From: Candidatus Rariloculaceae bacterium
GTDB taxonomy: Bacteria > Pseudomonadota > Gammaproteobacteria > Steroidobacterales > Rariloculaceae
Reading direction: 5' to 3'
DNA: 64,000 bases
Assembly: GCA_965204155.1 (NCBI GenBank)
Contig: OZ241971.1
Location: 354,647-418,646 of the forward strand
The position numbers and the translations under genes are program-made. Each line of letters starts with the position of its first letter. Position 1 is the first letter of the stretch. The notes under the pieces are model-generated. The model was not told the origin of the DNA. It saw only the letters and a list, made by a program, of their open reading frames with translations, and did no database searches. Of this stretch, positions 1 to 10,495 are shown piece by piece.

Positions 1-376
1 CCGGTCCATCATCTCGTTCAGCTTGACGGTCAGGCGGTCGAATTTGTCGTTCGTGTCGTCGACCGGCATGCGGCTGGCGAGGTTTCCGCGCCGGATCTCC
101 CGGCTCGTCCCGGTGAGTGTTCTCAGCCGGGACGCGATGTTTTTCGACATCGGCAGGCTGCCTCCGACGCCGAGCCTCAGCATCAGGACGAACCTCCACA
201 GCAGCACGGTGACCAGGATTTTCTCCAGTACGTGCATTGGGCCGATGTCGGTGCCACCGCCAGCCCGTCGTTTCCGTGCGCCAAATGGTCTGTGACATGC
301 CCGGCCCGGCCTCCGCACGCCCCTTCATCACGTAGCGGACAACGTTTTGGTCCTTCTCGATGAGGAGTATTCTCAT
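1..376 (-). pseudogene. Degenerate two-component remnant: OmpR-family receiver N-terminus fused to a sensor-kinase TM/HAMP segment (runs off window)
   Basis: Minus strand from ATG at 376 reads MRILLIEKDQNVVRYVMKGRAEAG, then in another frame GHVTDHLAHGNDGLAVA (receiver-like); 237-1 reads ...SRLRTLTGTSREIRRGNLASRMPVDDTNDKFDRLTVKLNEMMDR (HAMP-like). Frameshifted, most of both genes missing. Confidence 0.55.
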
Positions 377-620
377 TTCAGTGTACCCGGTCCGGTTAAC
401 GGGCAATCTGCAGGTCGACCATCCTTCAGGTTAGCGCCACTCGAGCTATGGCAACTTTTCGAGCGCATCAAGAAGTTTTCGTAGTCTTGCCGAGAGGTTT
501 CCGAATGGTGCCAAGACTATGATGTTCTTCAATGCTTGTGTACAAACGCGCTTGAAGATGATGTCATTTGCTTCGGGATCTTCGATCCGGTCAACCACCC
601 GCAACCTGAAGGGGAACACG

Positions 621-1853
621 ATGAACAAAGCAGTCGTCACGGGCCTGGCCATACTCTTTGGCCTATCCGCGGGCCAGACAATCTCCGCCCAAGACCTAAT
701 CGTCACCAACGCGCGGGTCATCGTCGGCAACGGGCAGGTCATCCCGAACGGCTTTGTGGCAGTCCGAAGGGGAAGGATTGCAGCCGTCTCCGAAGGCTCC
801 CCGACCGAGCCGGACCTGCCGGTGGTGGATGCGAGCGGCCTGTCGGTCATGCCGGGATTCATCGACGCGCATCGCCAGGTCATCCTCGGCGACCCCGGCG
901 AGTGGATGGAAGACGCCGCGGAACACATGCAGGCGTACCTGGAGGCCGGGTTCACAACCGTCCTGTCGGCGGGCGATCCCACCGAACCGATTCTGGAGCT
1001 GCGCGACCGGATCGATTCTCGCGAGATCACCGGGCCCCGCCTCCTTGTGTCGGGACCTGTCGTTCTCGATCGTGACGAAGCCGGGGACGCCGCCGAGGCG
1101 GCGGTTCGCGAGGCGGTGCTGGAAATGACGCTGACCGCCGCCGACGCGATTGCGGCGGACATGCGCGGGGCGCCCGGGCGGCAGGTTGCCCATTTGCTGG
1201 CCGTTGCGCGGGACGAGGCCGATCGGCAGGGGCTTCTCACCCTGACGCATGTTCGGGATGTGGACGATGTCATGGAAGCCGTTGAGGGGGGGAGCGGTTA
1301 CCTGACCGGCACCCCGCAATCCGGCGGACTGGATGAGGAGGCCGCGCGGCGGATCGTCCAGCTCGGCCGGGACAATGCCGAGTACGGTCTGGTCATGACG
1401 TCCACGCTGGGCGTCTACGTGCCGGCGTTCGCCGACCGCAATGCGTACGTCGCGGCAAGCCTGGGAGAGGACAACGTACCTCGTCTCGGCGACCTCACGC
1501 CCTACCCGCTTGAGGCGCTCTCAAGCGCGCTCCAGGGCGTTGCGAACGCAAGAATGCTTTGGGACGCCGGCATCATCTATGGATTCGGAACGGCTACGCC
1601 GTTTCCACCGGCCGATGCGCTTCGCCACGAACTCATTCCGCTCAGGCTGGCTTTCTCGAACCGCGACATCGTGCGCATGCTCACGAGATCGGGCGCTTAC
1701 GCCGTTCGCCGCGACGACGCACTGGGTACGCTGGAACTGGGAAAGATCGCGGACCTGGTCATCGTCGACGGGAACCCGCTGACGGACCTCGACGCGCTCT
1801 TTCGCATCGTGGCGGTGATCCGGACGGGACAGTTGGTGGTCGACAATCGATGA
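621..1853 (+). CDS. Exported amidohydrolase-superfamily protein (metal ligands partly degenerate)
   Basis: ATG at 621 after GAAGGGG; signal peptide (..ISAQD); VMPGFIDAH, GFTTV, GPRL, GTLELGKIADLVIVDGNPL motifs. Confidence 0.85.
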   Translation: MNKAVVTGLAILFGLSAGQTISAQDLIVTNARVIVGNGQVIPNGFVAVRRGRIAAVSEGSPTEPDLPVVDASGLSVMPGFIDAHRQVILGDPGEWMEDAAEHMQAYLEAGFTTVLSAGDPTEPILELRDRIDSREITGPRLLVSGPVVLDRDEAGDAAEAAVREAVLEMTLTAADAIAADMRGAPGRQVAHLLAVARDEADRQGLLTLTHVRDVDDVMEAVEGGSGYLTGTPQSGGLDEEAARRIVQLGRDNAEYGLVMTSTLGVYVPAFADRNAYVAASLGEDNVPRLGDLTPYPLEALSSALQGVANARMLWDAGIIYGFGTATPFPPADALRHELIPLRLAFSNRDIVRMLTRSGAYAVRRDDALGTLELGKIADLVIVDGNPLTDLDALFRIVAVIRTGQLVVDNR

Positions 1854-1878
1854 ACCCATACCTCAGGAGAATAGAACC

Positions 1879-2376
1879 ATGACAATTCATCCGGCGAAGA
1901 TTGCACGCGCCATTGCCTGGCCGACGCTGCTGGCCCTGGTGGCATCCCTTGCATGGTCTCAGGATGCACCGCAGGTGCGGAAAGAGTACCTCATCGACGA
2001 ATACGGCGAGCTGCGCGCCTTCTCCCGCGCGGTGGCCACCACGGGCGGCACGATCGTATGGGTGGCCGGACATACGACGCTGACGGACGCGGACGGGAAC
2101 GACATTTCGGGCGACTTCGAGGCCCAGACGCATGAACTGTTCCGTCTGATCCGCCTGCGGCTGGAACATTTCGGGGGTACGCTGTCGGACATTGTGACCA
2201 TGACCGTCTACATCCAGGATGTGCGGGACGGCGACCGGTTCGTGGAGATTCGCAGCCAGTACTTCGACGAGGGCCGTTATCCTTCCAGCGCCCTGATCAC
2301 CGTGGTGGGCTTCGCGCGCCCGGGCACCATGATCGAGATCAAGCCCACGGCCGTGGTCGGGACGGAGATCGAGTAG
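1879..2376 (+). CDS. RidA/YjgF/UK114-family protein with signal peptide
   Basis: AGGAG RBS; FSRAV, VWVAG, FEAQT, GGTLSDIVTMTVYI, MIEIK motifs; N-terminal LLALVASLAWSQ. Confidence 0.85.
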   Translation: MTIHPAKIARAIAWPTLLALVASLAWSQDAPQVRKEYLIDEYGELRAFSRAVATTGGTIVWVAGHTTLTDADGNDISGDFEAQTHELFRLIRLRLEHFGGTLSDIVTMTVYIQDVRDGDRFVEIRSQYFDEGRYPSSALITVVGFARPGTMIEIKPTAVVGTEIE

Positions 2377-2983
2377 TGCGGGAGGCCTGCAAATGAAACC
2401 CGGACGAGGAAACAGCGGACAACCGTTTGATCGGCGCCGACCCGCGGCAAGTCCACGTATGCGGTCACTCCTCCATCGTGCACCATCATGCGTTCCATGC
2501 GCTTTTCCGGCCCCGGACTCTCACTTGGCATGTCGCGGGCGGCGTCGGCGCGGGGTGTTCATCGTCCGTGCCATCAGTTTCGAGGCCGCGTCGGCGGCAG
2601 TGTCTGGCCGAACGGTCCGGCAATGAACAGAGAATCCAGCCCGCCGGAGGTTTGGCCGCCCCGGCACCGGGGCCGTCCGTCGATTTAGCTGATTGGTAAT
2701 CGGGGCGTGGCGGGTAACGGCGTTCTACTTGGGCTAGAATATGGTCAAAATTTGAGAAGCACATGCTAAGTGAACGATGTTGCTGGGCCTGTCATGGAAT
2801 ACCTTATTAGTAGTGCTCACTCGCCACTGGGCCGCGCCGTCATGAAACTACTTACAATCTTCGCGGCGGCATTGCCGCTCGTCGGATGTGGGGGCACTCT
2901 GGCAACCATTCCCTACTCCGTCGCACTGGCGGAGCAGACGTAAGCGGTTTACCCGACCCATTAAGAGAGGAAAAAAAGAGAGA

Positions 2984-3607
2984 ATGAATATTCTGACCTA
3001 CACCGCGCGATTCCTCGCTTTCGTGTTAATTCAATTTGTTGCGCTCTCGACGCTGACGCTCATCACGATCGGACCGCCGATAGTGATCTACGAATTTTTC
3101 CCCAATCTCTTGGGGTTCATGCGAAACTGGACAAATGAAGTAGCACTCTTCGAGCGTATTATCGGCGACATTGGATTTGTCGCACTCGTAGGCGCGCTAG
3201 GTATCGCCCCCTACCTGTTTAACAAGGCGGCTGATCTTGTTCCCACAGCACTCCGGTTGATCGGCATCGAATACCTCGCGATAACTCGCGATGATTGGTT
3301 GCTATCAAAGTCAACGTCCAGCGCCTTGGCTACAGTAGGCGAATTGCTAGCGCGGCGACGCCAAGGAATCGCGAATACCATTAGAGCTAGTTTCAGTCTA
3401 CTCGTTTCTTTTGCGCTGCTAAGTGTCGCCCTGTCTTGGGCAAGCTTGCTCGTCTCTCCCAGATCGGTTGATGCGACGATACGTATAGACGGAGAAGTAA
3501 TGCTTCAGTCAGTAGTCGAGGGATCCGAAATAGAATTCAATTGTATAAACGGTTCCGTACCATGCGGTGAATTTATCGTCGTCAGTCCCAGAAACAACCC
3601 CCAATAA
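2984..3607 (+). CDS. Hypothetical membrane protein
   Basis: ATG at 2984 after purine-rich leader; three hydrophobic segments; lower GC than flanks. Confidence 0.55.
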   Translation: MNILTYTARFLAFVLIQFVALSTLTLITIGPPIVIYEFFPNLLGFMRNWTNEVALFERIIGDIGFVALVGALGIAPYLFNKAADLVPTALRLIGIEYLAITRDDWLLSKSTSSALATVGELLARRRQGIANTIRASFSLLVSFALLSVALSWASLLVSPRSVDATIRIDGEVMLQSVVEGSEIEFNCINGSVPCGEFIVVSPRNNPQ

Positions 3608-4179
3608 GGTTGATGCCTAATCAGCACAATCAGCACGGGGGCGCGCGTGCCTTGAGGAACTCGTACGCCGACATCAGACTCCCGAGCCCGGTGCCGACGA
3701 CAACGAAGGCGTGTTCCTCCCGGGTGTCGGCCACGACAACCGCTAGGGAACGCCATCAGCCGTCCCATAACGATTGCGCCGCGTTGGCGACCTATTGCGT
3801 GTTGCGGTTGGAAACGGAGTAGTCGCCGATGCCACCCGATCCGGCCCATTCGGGGCGGAGCAGCGCATAAGGAGGCGGGGATTGAGCGCACGCGGATCAG
3901 ATGGGTCCTGGCGTGTTGGCGGCCAGGAGGCTGCTGCCCACACAGATGGGCGATGAGCGCCCGAACGGAGCCCCGCGCCAAGTTTAGTCCCCTGATTTCA
4001 GTTATCGGAACTTTGTTCGGGCTGTATTCAGCGAGCATCGGTAGAACACAGCGCACCACAATCAGCCAGAGGAGCGTGATTCATATGAGTGGCGAGGACA
4101 CGCTTAAGGATTTGCAGTAGCAGAAACTGTCTCCATAGGCGTGCGGCTCCTGTTGAAATAGACTTCAATCGGTCCATTC

Positions 4180-4437
4180 CTAGACGGAGAATAGTGCAGC
4201 CCTGATAGGGGAAATCGCATGATCGCGCACGGCCGAAGCCAGATAGAGAGCGATGTTTTCATGGTGAACTACGCCGACAAACAGGAAAACGACCAGGTAG
4301 CCGACGACAATGGCCTTGACGCGGTTTTGTGTACTACCGAAGAAACCGACAATCTCCGGAAACGCGTGCAAGCTCATGTTTGGATGTTCGCCGAGAAGCC
4401 GCCATGGCGAAGGGCCGAAGTTCCTATTGTTCGACAT
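4180..4437 (-). CDS. Possible small membrane protein
   Basis: ATG overlaps the stop of the upstream MORN gene (TGATG); one hydrophobic stretch AIVVGYLVVFLFVGVV. Confidence 0.3.
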   Translation of the reverse strand: MSNNRNFGPSPWRLLGEHPNMSLHAFPEIVGFFGSTQNRVKAIVVGYLVVFLFVGVVHHENIALYLASAVRDHAISPIRAALFSV

Positions 4438-5804
4438 CAATCGCAGCCAGCCACGCAACGTCGGGATTCGATCTCGCCGTTCACCCAGACCGTCTCGCGC
4501 ACTTCTCCGTCCACGGTTCCAAAAGTCGCCGTCCCGTCTAGCTCGCCGTTCACGTAGGGCCATTCTTCCCAGCCACCGTCAGACCGGTTCACAATCTGCG
4601 TACCGTGACGCATGTCATTCACATAGGGAGTTTGGGTTTCAACCACTAAACCGTCGTCGCCAGTCCAGATATCTGTCTCTATGCCGTGACGCATGCCGTT
4701 CACGTAGGGGGTCTCTGTCACGTTACCGTTGTTGCGGCGAACAGTCTGCGTGCCGTGTTCCACGCCGTTCACGTAGGGGACTTCATACCGAGTCTCGTTG
4801 ATATACCAAATGTTCGTCCCGTGCAGCACGCCGTTAACAAAGGACGTTTGCCCTACCCTGCCATCCGCATAACGGGTGAAGCTAGTTCCGTGTTCCACGC
4901 CGTTCACGTAGGGAGTTTCATTCACGGTGCCGTCCGCCGACCGCGAGTTACTCGTCCCATGACGCACGCCGTTCACCCAGGGAGTCTCCCTTACGAAGCC
5001 GTCTACCAACCGCAGAACCTGCGTGCCGTGAATCTTGCCGTTAACGTAGGGAATTTGCGCCGTACCTGGCTGGTTTTCGAACCTGCTTCTGTAAAGGCCT
5101 GTGCCGGTGCCAAGGCCGTCAGAGCATTGTCCGGACCAGCTATCGATTTCGAGTGCTCCTGGATCTGGGCTCCAGACATAGCAATCCGGCAGGTTGCCAA
5201 GTTCCTTCCAGCAGCCTCGTCTCTCCGGGTTATCGGTGCAGATCGAGTCGGCGGTGACGCCCTCCGGCAATGTGGTTGCCTCTTGCCGCTGGGCTTCGGA
5301 CGCTGTCGACATTGCCTGCTTTGCAGGCGCCTCTACCATCGCAGCATCGCGCCGCCACGCGACCAGCCCCTGCAATAGCAGGTCCGCGCAGTCGGTTGCG
5401 TCTCGGCCATCGTAGCGGCCGCCCTCCCAAAACACGATGTTGCTATTACCCGCGCCAATGTTCTCGAAGCGCGAATCGTCGCATTGCCCATCATTTGCAT
5501 TCGGTCCGCCGTCATCGCCGAAGTCACCCGTTGCGAGCACGATATCGACGCGCGGGTCTACACCGTCGCGCCAGTTGATCAGCCCCTGCAACAACAGGTC
5601 CCGGCAGTCGGTTGCGTCTCGGCCGTCGTAGCGTCCGCCCTCCCAAAACACAATGTTGCTGTTGCCCGCGCCAATGTTCTCGAAGCGCGAATCGTCGCAT
5701 TGCCCGTCGTTGGCGTTCGGCCCCGTGTCATCGCCGAGCGGGTCTTGTGCGAGTGCGGCGCCCGAAAAGATCAATACCACCAGCGCGATTGCTTGCGTTC
5801 TCAT
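4437..5804 (-). CDS. Exported MORN-repeat (YwqK-like) protein with duplicated N-terminal Asp/Cys-rich module
   Basis: GGAGG RBS, signal peptide; about 9 ETPYVNGxxHGT repeats; two copies of GDDxGPNANDGQCDDSRF...DATDC; Cys-rich CWKEL..CYVW..WSGQC segment. Confidence 0.85.
   Translation of the reverse strand: MRTQAIALVVLIFSGAALAQDPLGDDTGPNANDGQCDDSRFENIGAGNSNIVFWEGGRYDGRDATDCRDLLLQGLINWRDGVDPRVDIVLATGDFGDDGGPNANDGQCDDSRFENIGAGNSNIVFWEGGRYDGRDATDCADLLLQGLVAWRRDAAMVEAPAKQAMSTASEAQRQEATTLPEGVTADSICTDNPERRGCWKELGNLPDCYVWSPDPGALEIDSWSGQCSDGLGTGTGLYRSRFENQPGTAQIPYVNGKIHGTQVLRLVDGFVRETPWVNGVRHGTSNSRSADGTVNETPYVNGVEHGTSFTRYADGRVGQTSFVNGVLHGTNIWYINETRYEVPYVNGVEHGTQTVRRNNGNVTETPYVNGMRHGIETDIWTGDDGLVVETQTPYVNDMRHGTQIVNRSDGGWEEWPYVNGELDGTATFGTVDGEVRETVWVNGEIESRRCVAGCD
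5365..5735. repeat. Intragenic tandem duplication, 216-bp period
   Basis: agcccctgca...gtcggttgcgtctcggcc...ccgcgccaatgttctcgaagcgcgaatcgtcgcattgccc starts at 5365 and again at 5581. Confidence 0.9.
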
Positions 5805-6504
5805 GGATGCTTCCTCCGTTCCCCCATTAGCGAAGTAGCACGCTGAACATTGGCACGCTCACCGCAAGGATTCCAGCATCGATCAGCGAAATTCGCGCAC
5901 CGAGTTGGACAATCTGCCATGCGCACACAATGATATCGGTTCTGCATTCTGTCTCCGAGGAGCTACTACCTCGCGTGCATACGCGAAACTGCGGCAGACA
6001 ATTCTCTATTGCTGCGAGTCTACTCTTCTCGCCGTTTTCGCTCCACAACGTATGCCAGGACGAGATCGGTGATGCGGATACACTGATGTGTGCTGAGGGT
6101 ATCGGATTGCGTTCGACGATCTGATGGAGCAATTGAGATTGGATGTCGCGACCGTATGCGGTCGCGGTCTTGCCTTTGTTCGTGTGCCCCTTCAGAGTTA
6201 TCCGGGCGTCAGGGGAGCAGATTGACGCTCCTGGAAGCGGTGGATAAAATCGAATGCTTGAAAGAGCAAGCGCCGAAGGATAGTAGCTTCTCGCGTAGCT
6301 TAGCGTCAATTGAGTTTGTTGGAGAACTGCCGCAGATGTCGGGCGTAGGCCAATCTCTAGCGAGCTGTCCTAACAGCGATCAAGCGGTACTGCGTTCAGA
6401 AGAACCGCAGTGCTTAAGCCCTTAGTCGAATGAGCGGGACCGATTGGACCAAGTTCGCGATCTGGGCGTCCGGCGTGTGCGAACGGTATAGCCGCTGGCG
6501 AAAG

Positions 6505-6865
6505 ATGACTTTCCAAGAGCGGGTTGAACGGTACTGTAGAGAATCGAATATCTCTGTCGTCTTTCACGACAACGATAAATTTATGGTAACGATAACTGAG
6601 AGCGAATATGGCCATGAGCAGGTAAAGCGAATTCGCGACCGGCTAAGGCGAACGAGATGGATAAGGAAGCTGGCGTTTGCGCGGTCTTGACAAGCGGTCT
6701 GATGGAGTAGTTTGCGAGGAAGGGATGACTTGGACGATGCTCGCGAAAGATGACTGCGGAAATGCTAGGTGGCTCAACTATTCGTTCGGCGGCTATCCCG
6801 AAGACTTTGATTGTCCCGCGATTCGGATCTGTGCGATTTCTCTGCTCAGGCAGAAGGTCTCGTAG
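6505..6865 (+). pseudogene. Possible frameshifted hypothetical gene
   Basis: Two consecutive protein-like ORFs (MTFQERVERY...KLAFAR / GLDKRSDG...QKVS) that join with a one-base shift near 6680. Confidence 0.25.
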
Positions 6866-7129
6866 AAAGTCATCAACGTCGTGCTCGGTACGTTGGTTGA
6901 ACCCGCAGCGTCGCAGACCGGGTGCGCACTAACGATACTTGGCAAGCGGCAGCGCGGTTGGGTGGGACGCATGTACACGGTCGGCGGGTACGCCGCTAGG
7001 AGCATTTGACGTCGGTGATCGAGAAACTGAGGAAGATATGACGAAGACCTCCGCCCACGACAGATGCGAGGGGAGGGTTCACGTTCGCCCCGTCCCGAAG
7101 GTTGTACACCATAGGGGAGATGCGCCCGA

Positions 7130-7921
7130 ATGGTAGCAAAGGAGAACTATACGGCTGGCTTGACACTCGCATTGTTGTTCGCCACAGCGTCGGCGGACGC
7201 TCAGACGGTCAGTTTCGATCTGAATACGCAGACGAAACGGTCCCGTAGCGCCATCTGCCATCCGCAGGGAACGATGTACTACGATCGTGTGACGCGCCCC
7301 GTTGGGGACGAGGAGCCACTTAGAGCTTGTCTGGAGAAAAATGGACGCCTGCCCGTGATCTACCAAGCGTACGGTAACCTGCTGTTGGCCTGCGCCCGGG
7401 AACCTGCGGGCGAGAACTGTAGTCAGCTCGAGGAGTCAAAAACGCGGACGACGCTGGTCGAACGCGATACGAAGACGTTCGCTGGTTTCAAAGTTAGTCC
7501 TGGTATCGCTGCCATTACGTTCAGCGACCCGAAAATCGAAGACGTACAGATCGTCGATGGGAAGGTCGTCGTGGGCGACCGTCGCAATACGATAACCACG
7601 GTTGTTCTAGAATCGCACAGATTCTTTACGCCCGAATCGCGTCCGAATTTGGGATATGGTCCCTTTTTGGTTGTACCGATGGGCGTCGGGGAGAGTTCGA
7701 AGCGGATACCAATGTTCGGGCTTGGATTCATGGTGGGGTTCAAGCAGGCGGACTCTTCGAGCAGTTGGAACGTAGGTTTAGGCGTTGTTGTCGATACGGA
7801 CGCACTAGAATTGCGTGAAGGACTAAAGGACGGCATTCGAACGGCGGAGACGAGGGTCGATAGTCTAACCCGGAAGGTCGATTCGAAGGGCTGGATGGTA
7901 CTCGTATCGGCGTCCTGGTAG
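7130..7921 (+). CDS. Exported hypothetical protein, beta-strand-rich C-terminus
   Basis: Signal peptide (LALLFATASADAQ); Cys-containing N-terminal part; alternating beta-type C-terminal part ending in W. Confidence 0.7.
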   Translation: MVAKENYTAGLTLALLFATASADAQTVSFDLNTQTKRSRSAICHPQGTMYYDRVTRPVGDEEPLRACLEKNGRLPVIYQAYGNLLLACAREPAGENCSQLEESKTRTTLVERDTKTFAGFKVSPGIAAITFSDPKIEDVQIVDGKVVVGDRRNTITTVVLESHRFFTPESRPNLGYGPFLVVPMGVGESSKRIPMFGLGFMVGFKQADSSSSWNVGLGVVVDTDALELREGLKDGIRTAETRVDSLTRKVDSKGWMVLVSASW

Positions 7922-8059
7922 TCAGAAACGAGAAGAGCCATCTGCGGGACAGCAAATGGAACTCAAGTTCCGGCCCTCATTGCTGTTGCATACTTGGATA
8001 GTATTGTCGTCTTTGTAGGCTTCCGGCGGTTCCGACTCGCGGGCGTCGGCCAGAGAATA

Positions 8060-8245
8060 GAAGTGGTCCCCAAAATTCGGACAGGGTTGTAAGATGGTAT
8101 TTGCGCTGATGAGAGGACCCTACGAGGATGGCGAAGCGACGCAATTTTTCACCTGATTTCAAGGCCCGGGTGGCCTTGGCGGCGATCCGGGGCGACGGCA
8201 CGACCGCCGAGCTGGCGACGCGGTACCAGGTGCATCCGAGCATGA
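8060..8245 (+). mobile_element. IS3-family remnant (left IR + truncated OrfA)
   Basis: gaagtggtccccaaaattcggacag at 8060-8084 resembles an IS3 left end; ATG 8128 MAKRRNFSPDFKARVALAAIRGDGTTAELATRYQVHP is a typical OrfA HTH start, then homology stops. Confidence 0.75.
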
Positions 8246-8299
8246 GCGACCCGAGCCACGCGATCCGTCTCGGCACTCACCGCTCGATCACGAGGAAGA

Positions 8300-8533
8300 T
8301 TAGCCCAAGCGCAGGTAGACCTCGGTTTCTGCGTCGTGCCGTTCCATCAGCATGCGAACCCACAGGCCCGTCGAGTGGGTCACGAACTCGACGGCCGAGG
8401 TGTGGGTGAGCCGCAGATGAACCGAGTGCCCGGTCTCCACGCGGACCAAGAAATACCATCGCTTATGGCGTATCTGCGAGATTTCCCTGGCGGTGACAGG
8501 CACCGTGATGGCGCGCTGCCCTGCCCACTTCAC
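8300..8533 (-). CDS. Hypothetical protein
   Basis: GTG start overlaps stop of the upstream lipoprotein gene (GTGA). Confidence 0.3.
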   Translation of the reverse strand: MKWAGQRAITVPVTAREISQIRHKRWYFLVRVETGHSVHLRLTHTSAVEFVTHSTGLWVRMLMERHDAETEVYLRLG

Positions 8534-8913
8534 GGCACCGGGAACGCGTCCCGCGGGATCACAACGTATCCGACAGGAACCGCGGAACCGGACCGAATGA
8601 TGGTCTGCCTTGCGGTGCCCGTGACGGGGTCGTAAACCCAGGCGCGCTCAAAGCCGGTCAAGGGCTTGTGGGCACCCGTGACCAGCGGCCGCAAACGGTT
8701 GCACTCTTCCTGGCGCGGCTTGTCCCAATATTCTAGGCCGGGGCGCAGGTTTCGCAGGTCGTAGTCGTTGCAGAACAGCTCGTTATGGTAGCGATCGTAC
8801 GCGCGCAGCTTCTCGTGCAGTTCCGGAAACAGCGCCTCGGGAAACAGCACCGCGCAGCCCGGCAGCGCGGTCAGCACTGCCGCCGCAACCACCACCCTGA
8901 TTCGAACTGTCAC
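8530..8913 (-). CDS. Putative lipoprotein
   Basis: GGAGG RBS before GTG at 8913; signal with lipobox LPGC. Confidence 0.65.
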   Translation of the reverse strand: MTVRIRVVVAAAVLTALPGCAVLFPEALFPELHEKLRAYDRYHNELFCNDYDLRNLRPGLEYWDKPRQEECNRLRPLVTGAHKPLTGFERAWVYDPVTGTARQTIIRSGSAVPVGYVVIPRDAFPVP

Positions 8914-9136
8914 GTTTCTTCCCTCCGTATTCGGGGCGGGCTGTCCTCGCCCTTCGCACCGGATGATTGTATCAAGTCGAAACCCGCGGCACGGAGCGGG
9001 ACGTGCCGAGGCGCAGGTCGCAGCCGGCCCTGATGACAATTCGCAAGCCTGCCGTTGCGGACAGACCCCAAGGTCGATGGATTCACGCCCGGCTTGCGAC
9101 TAATATCACGGTACCTGTTCATTTGGGGGTAAGTGA

Positions 9137-10324
9137 ATGAATATTGCCATCCGTCGCGCCACCGCTCTGGCCACATGCCTGTTCGCAAGTCTCTGGATTC
9201 TGTCAACCGTTCTGGCGGAGCCGTATTCCTGGCAGGTCTCGGGCGGTTATGGCGACGTAACCGCGGGAAGCGCGGCAACCACGCAGAATCGGTTGCTGCG
9301 CGCCACGTACTATCTTTCGCCCGTCAACGACTCGGTAGGGCCGTACGAACTGGCGCCGTTCCTGAACTGGAGCAGTTACCTGTCGGTCGACGCGGGAAGT
9401 ACGAAACTGCGGGAAGAAGCGTATCTGGACTACGGCGCGTTGGCGCTGGCCAGTGACGACCCGCCGAGTGTCGTTCCGGTCGGCGTGAACCGCACGTTTT
9501 CAGCGTTTCCCTCCGAGTCGGGTTTCGACACGTCCGACTACGCCGTGGAGGGCCGTTACGTCTGGCCCGCGTCGGGCTGGTACGCCGGCGCCCGAGCCCG
9601 ACGGGGCGACGGCGACGGGGCGCCGCTGCTGTCGTTCTTTCACACGACGACCGAGTCCCGGCGCAGCGCGTTGTTCGCCGGGCTGTATTTCGGGCCGCGC
9701 ACGGCCGTCGAGGTGGAGCTGGAGTCCGAAACCATGAACGAGGACGTGCGGATGAACGTGCCCGGATTCGATCCGTTGTTCGGGGTGCCGAATGTTTCGA
9801 ACGTTGGGGGCGCGGCGCTCATCGTGGACTACGAGTACGGCCTCGTCACGGACGTGGAGAGGGACAACGCGGCGATCTCGGTGCGCCACGTGGGCTACCT
9901 GGGCGGCTCCACGTTCGAGTTCTCCGCGAGCGCGCGCGCGAGCCGCACGGAGGTTGGGTTCTCGCTGCAGACGCCGCCGGCGCTGGTCGGGTGGGGCAAT
10001 TTTTCCGATTGGCCTGTCGGACTCCCCGCCGGGCCCTTCCCGGCGTTTGCGCCCGTCCAGAATTTTCCCTCCGAGCGTGAGCGCGAGGTCAGCGTTTCAG
10101 GCGCATTGTTTCCGGTCCAGTCCCTGGGCGTGCGGCTGAGCGCGTCGACAACGGACCACGATGCTTATGGAACCAGCGACCGGGTGGGCCTGTCGGCCAA
10201 TTGGTTCTTCGTTCGAAACGCGGCGCTCGGGATCGAACTGAACCGCCACCGTATCGCGCGCGGCTACGCGCCCGATACCCGCGCCATGGATTCGGTCAGC
10301 GTGCGGGTGCTCGGCCGGTTCTGA
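9137..10324 (+). CDS. Putative outer-membrane beta-barrel / porin
   Basis: Signal peptide; alternating beta strands; GPYELAPFL motif; ends VSVRVLGRF (terminal Phe). Confidence 0.75.
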   Translation: MNIAIRRATALATCLFASLWILSTVLAEPYSWQVSGGYGDVTAGSAATTQNRLLRATYYLSPVNDSVGPYELAPFLNWSSYLSVDAGSTKLREEAYLDYGALALASDDPPSVVPVGVNRTFSAFPSESGFDTSDYAVEGRYVWPASGWYAGARARRGDGDGAPLLSFFHTTTESRRSALFAGLYFGPRTAVEVELESETMNEDVRMNVPGFDPLFGVPNVSNVGGAALIVDYEYGLVTDVERDNAAISVRHVGYLGGSTFEFSASARASRTEVGFSLQTPPALVGWGNFSDWPVGLPAGPFPAFAPVQNFPSEREREVSVSGALFPVQSLGVRLSASTTDHDAYGTSDRVGLSANWFFVRNAALGIELNRHRIARGYAPDTRAMDSVSVRVLGRF

Positions 10325-10495
10325 AGCGACCCGCCCCTGGAAGGAAGGGTGAGGATGATCCGGTCGAAACCGCTGACCCGGAAGACCTCCGAAGCGGGGT
10401 TCTGTGACGAGCCGGGCGAATCGAACCGGGCGCGACTTTTCCCACCGGTGGGGCGATACTGGAGTTCGTGCGCCTGAAAGGGAGCGAGATCTGTC

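Noticed and set aside
4520-5060. Regularly spaced gccgttcacgtaggg repeats resembling a CRISPR array
   Set aside because: They are in-frame MORN repeat codons (PYVNG) within a coding gene; no cas genes.
5827-6309. 160-aa minus-strand ORF
   Set aside because: No RBS, motif or protein-like composition.
6360-7020. Possible integron attC sites (cctaac / actaac followed by hairpins)
   Set aside because: No matching GTTRRRY ends, no integron integrase, neighbouring genes not co-oriented.
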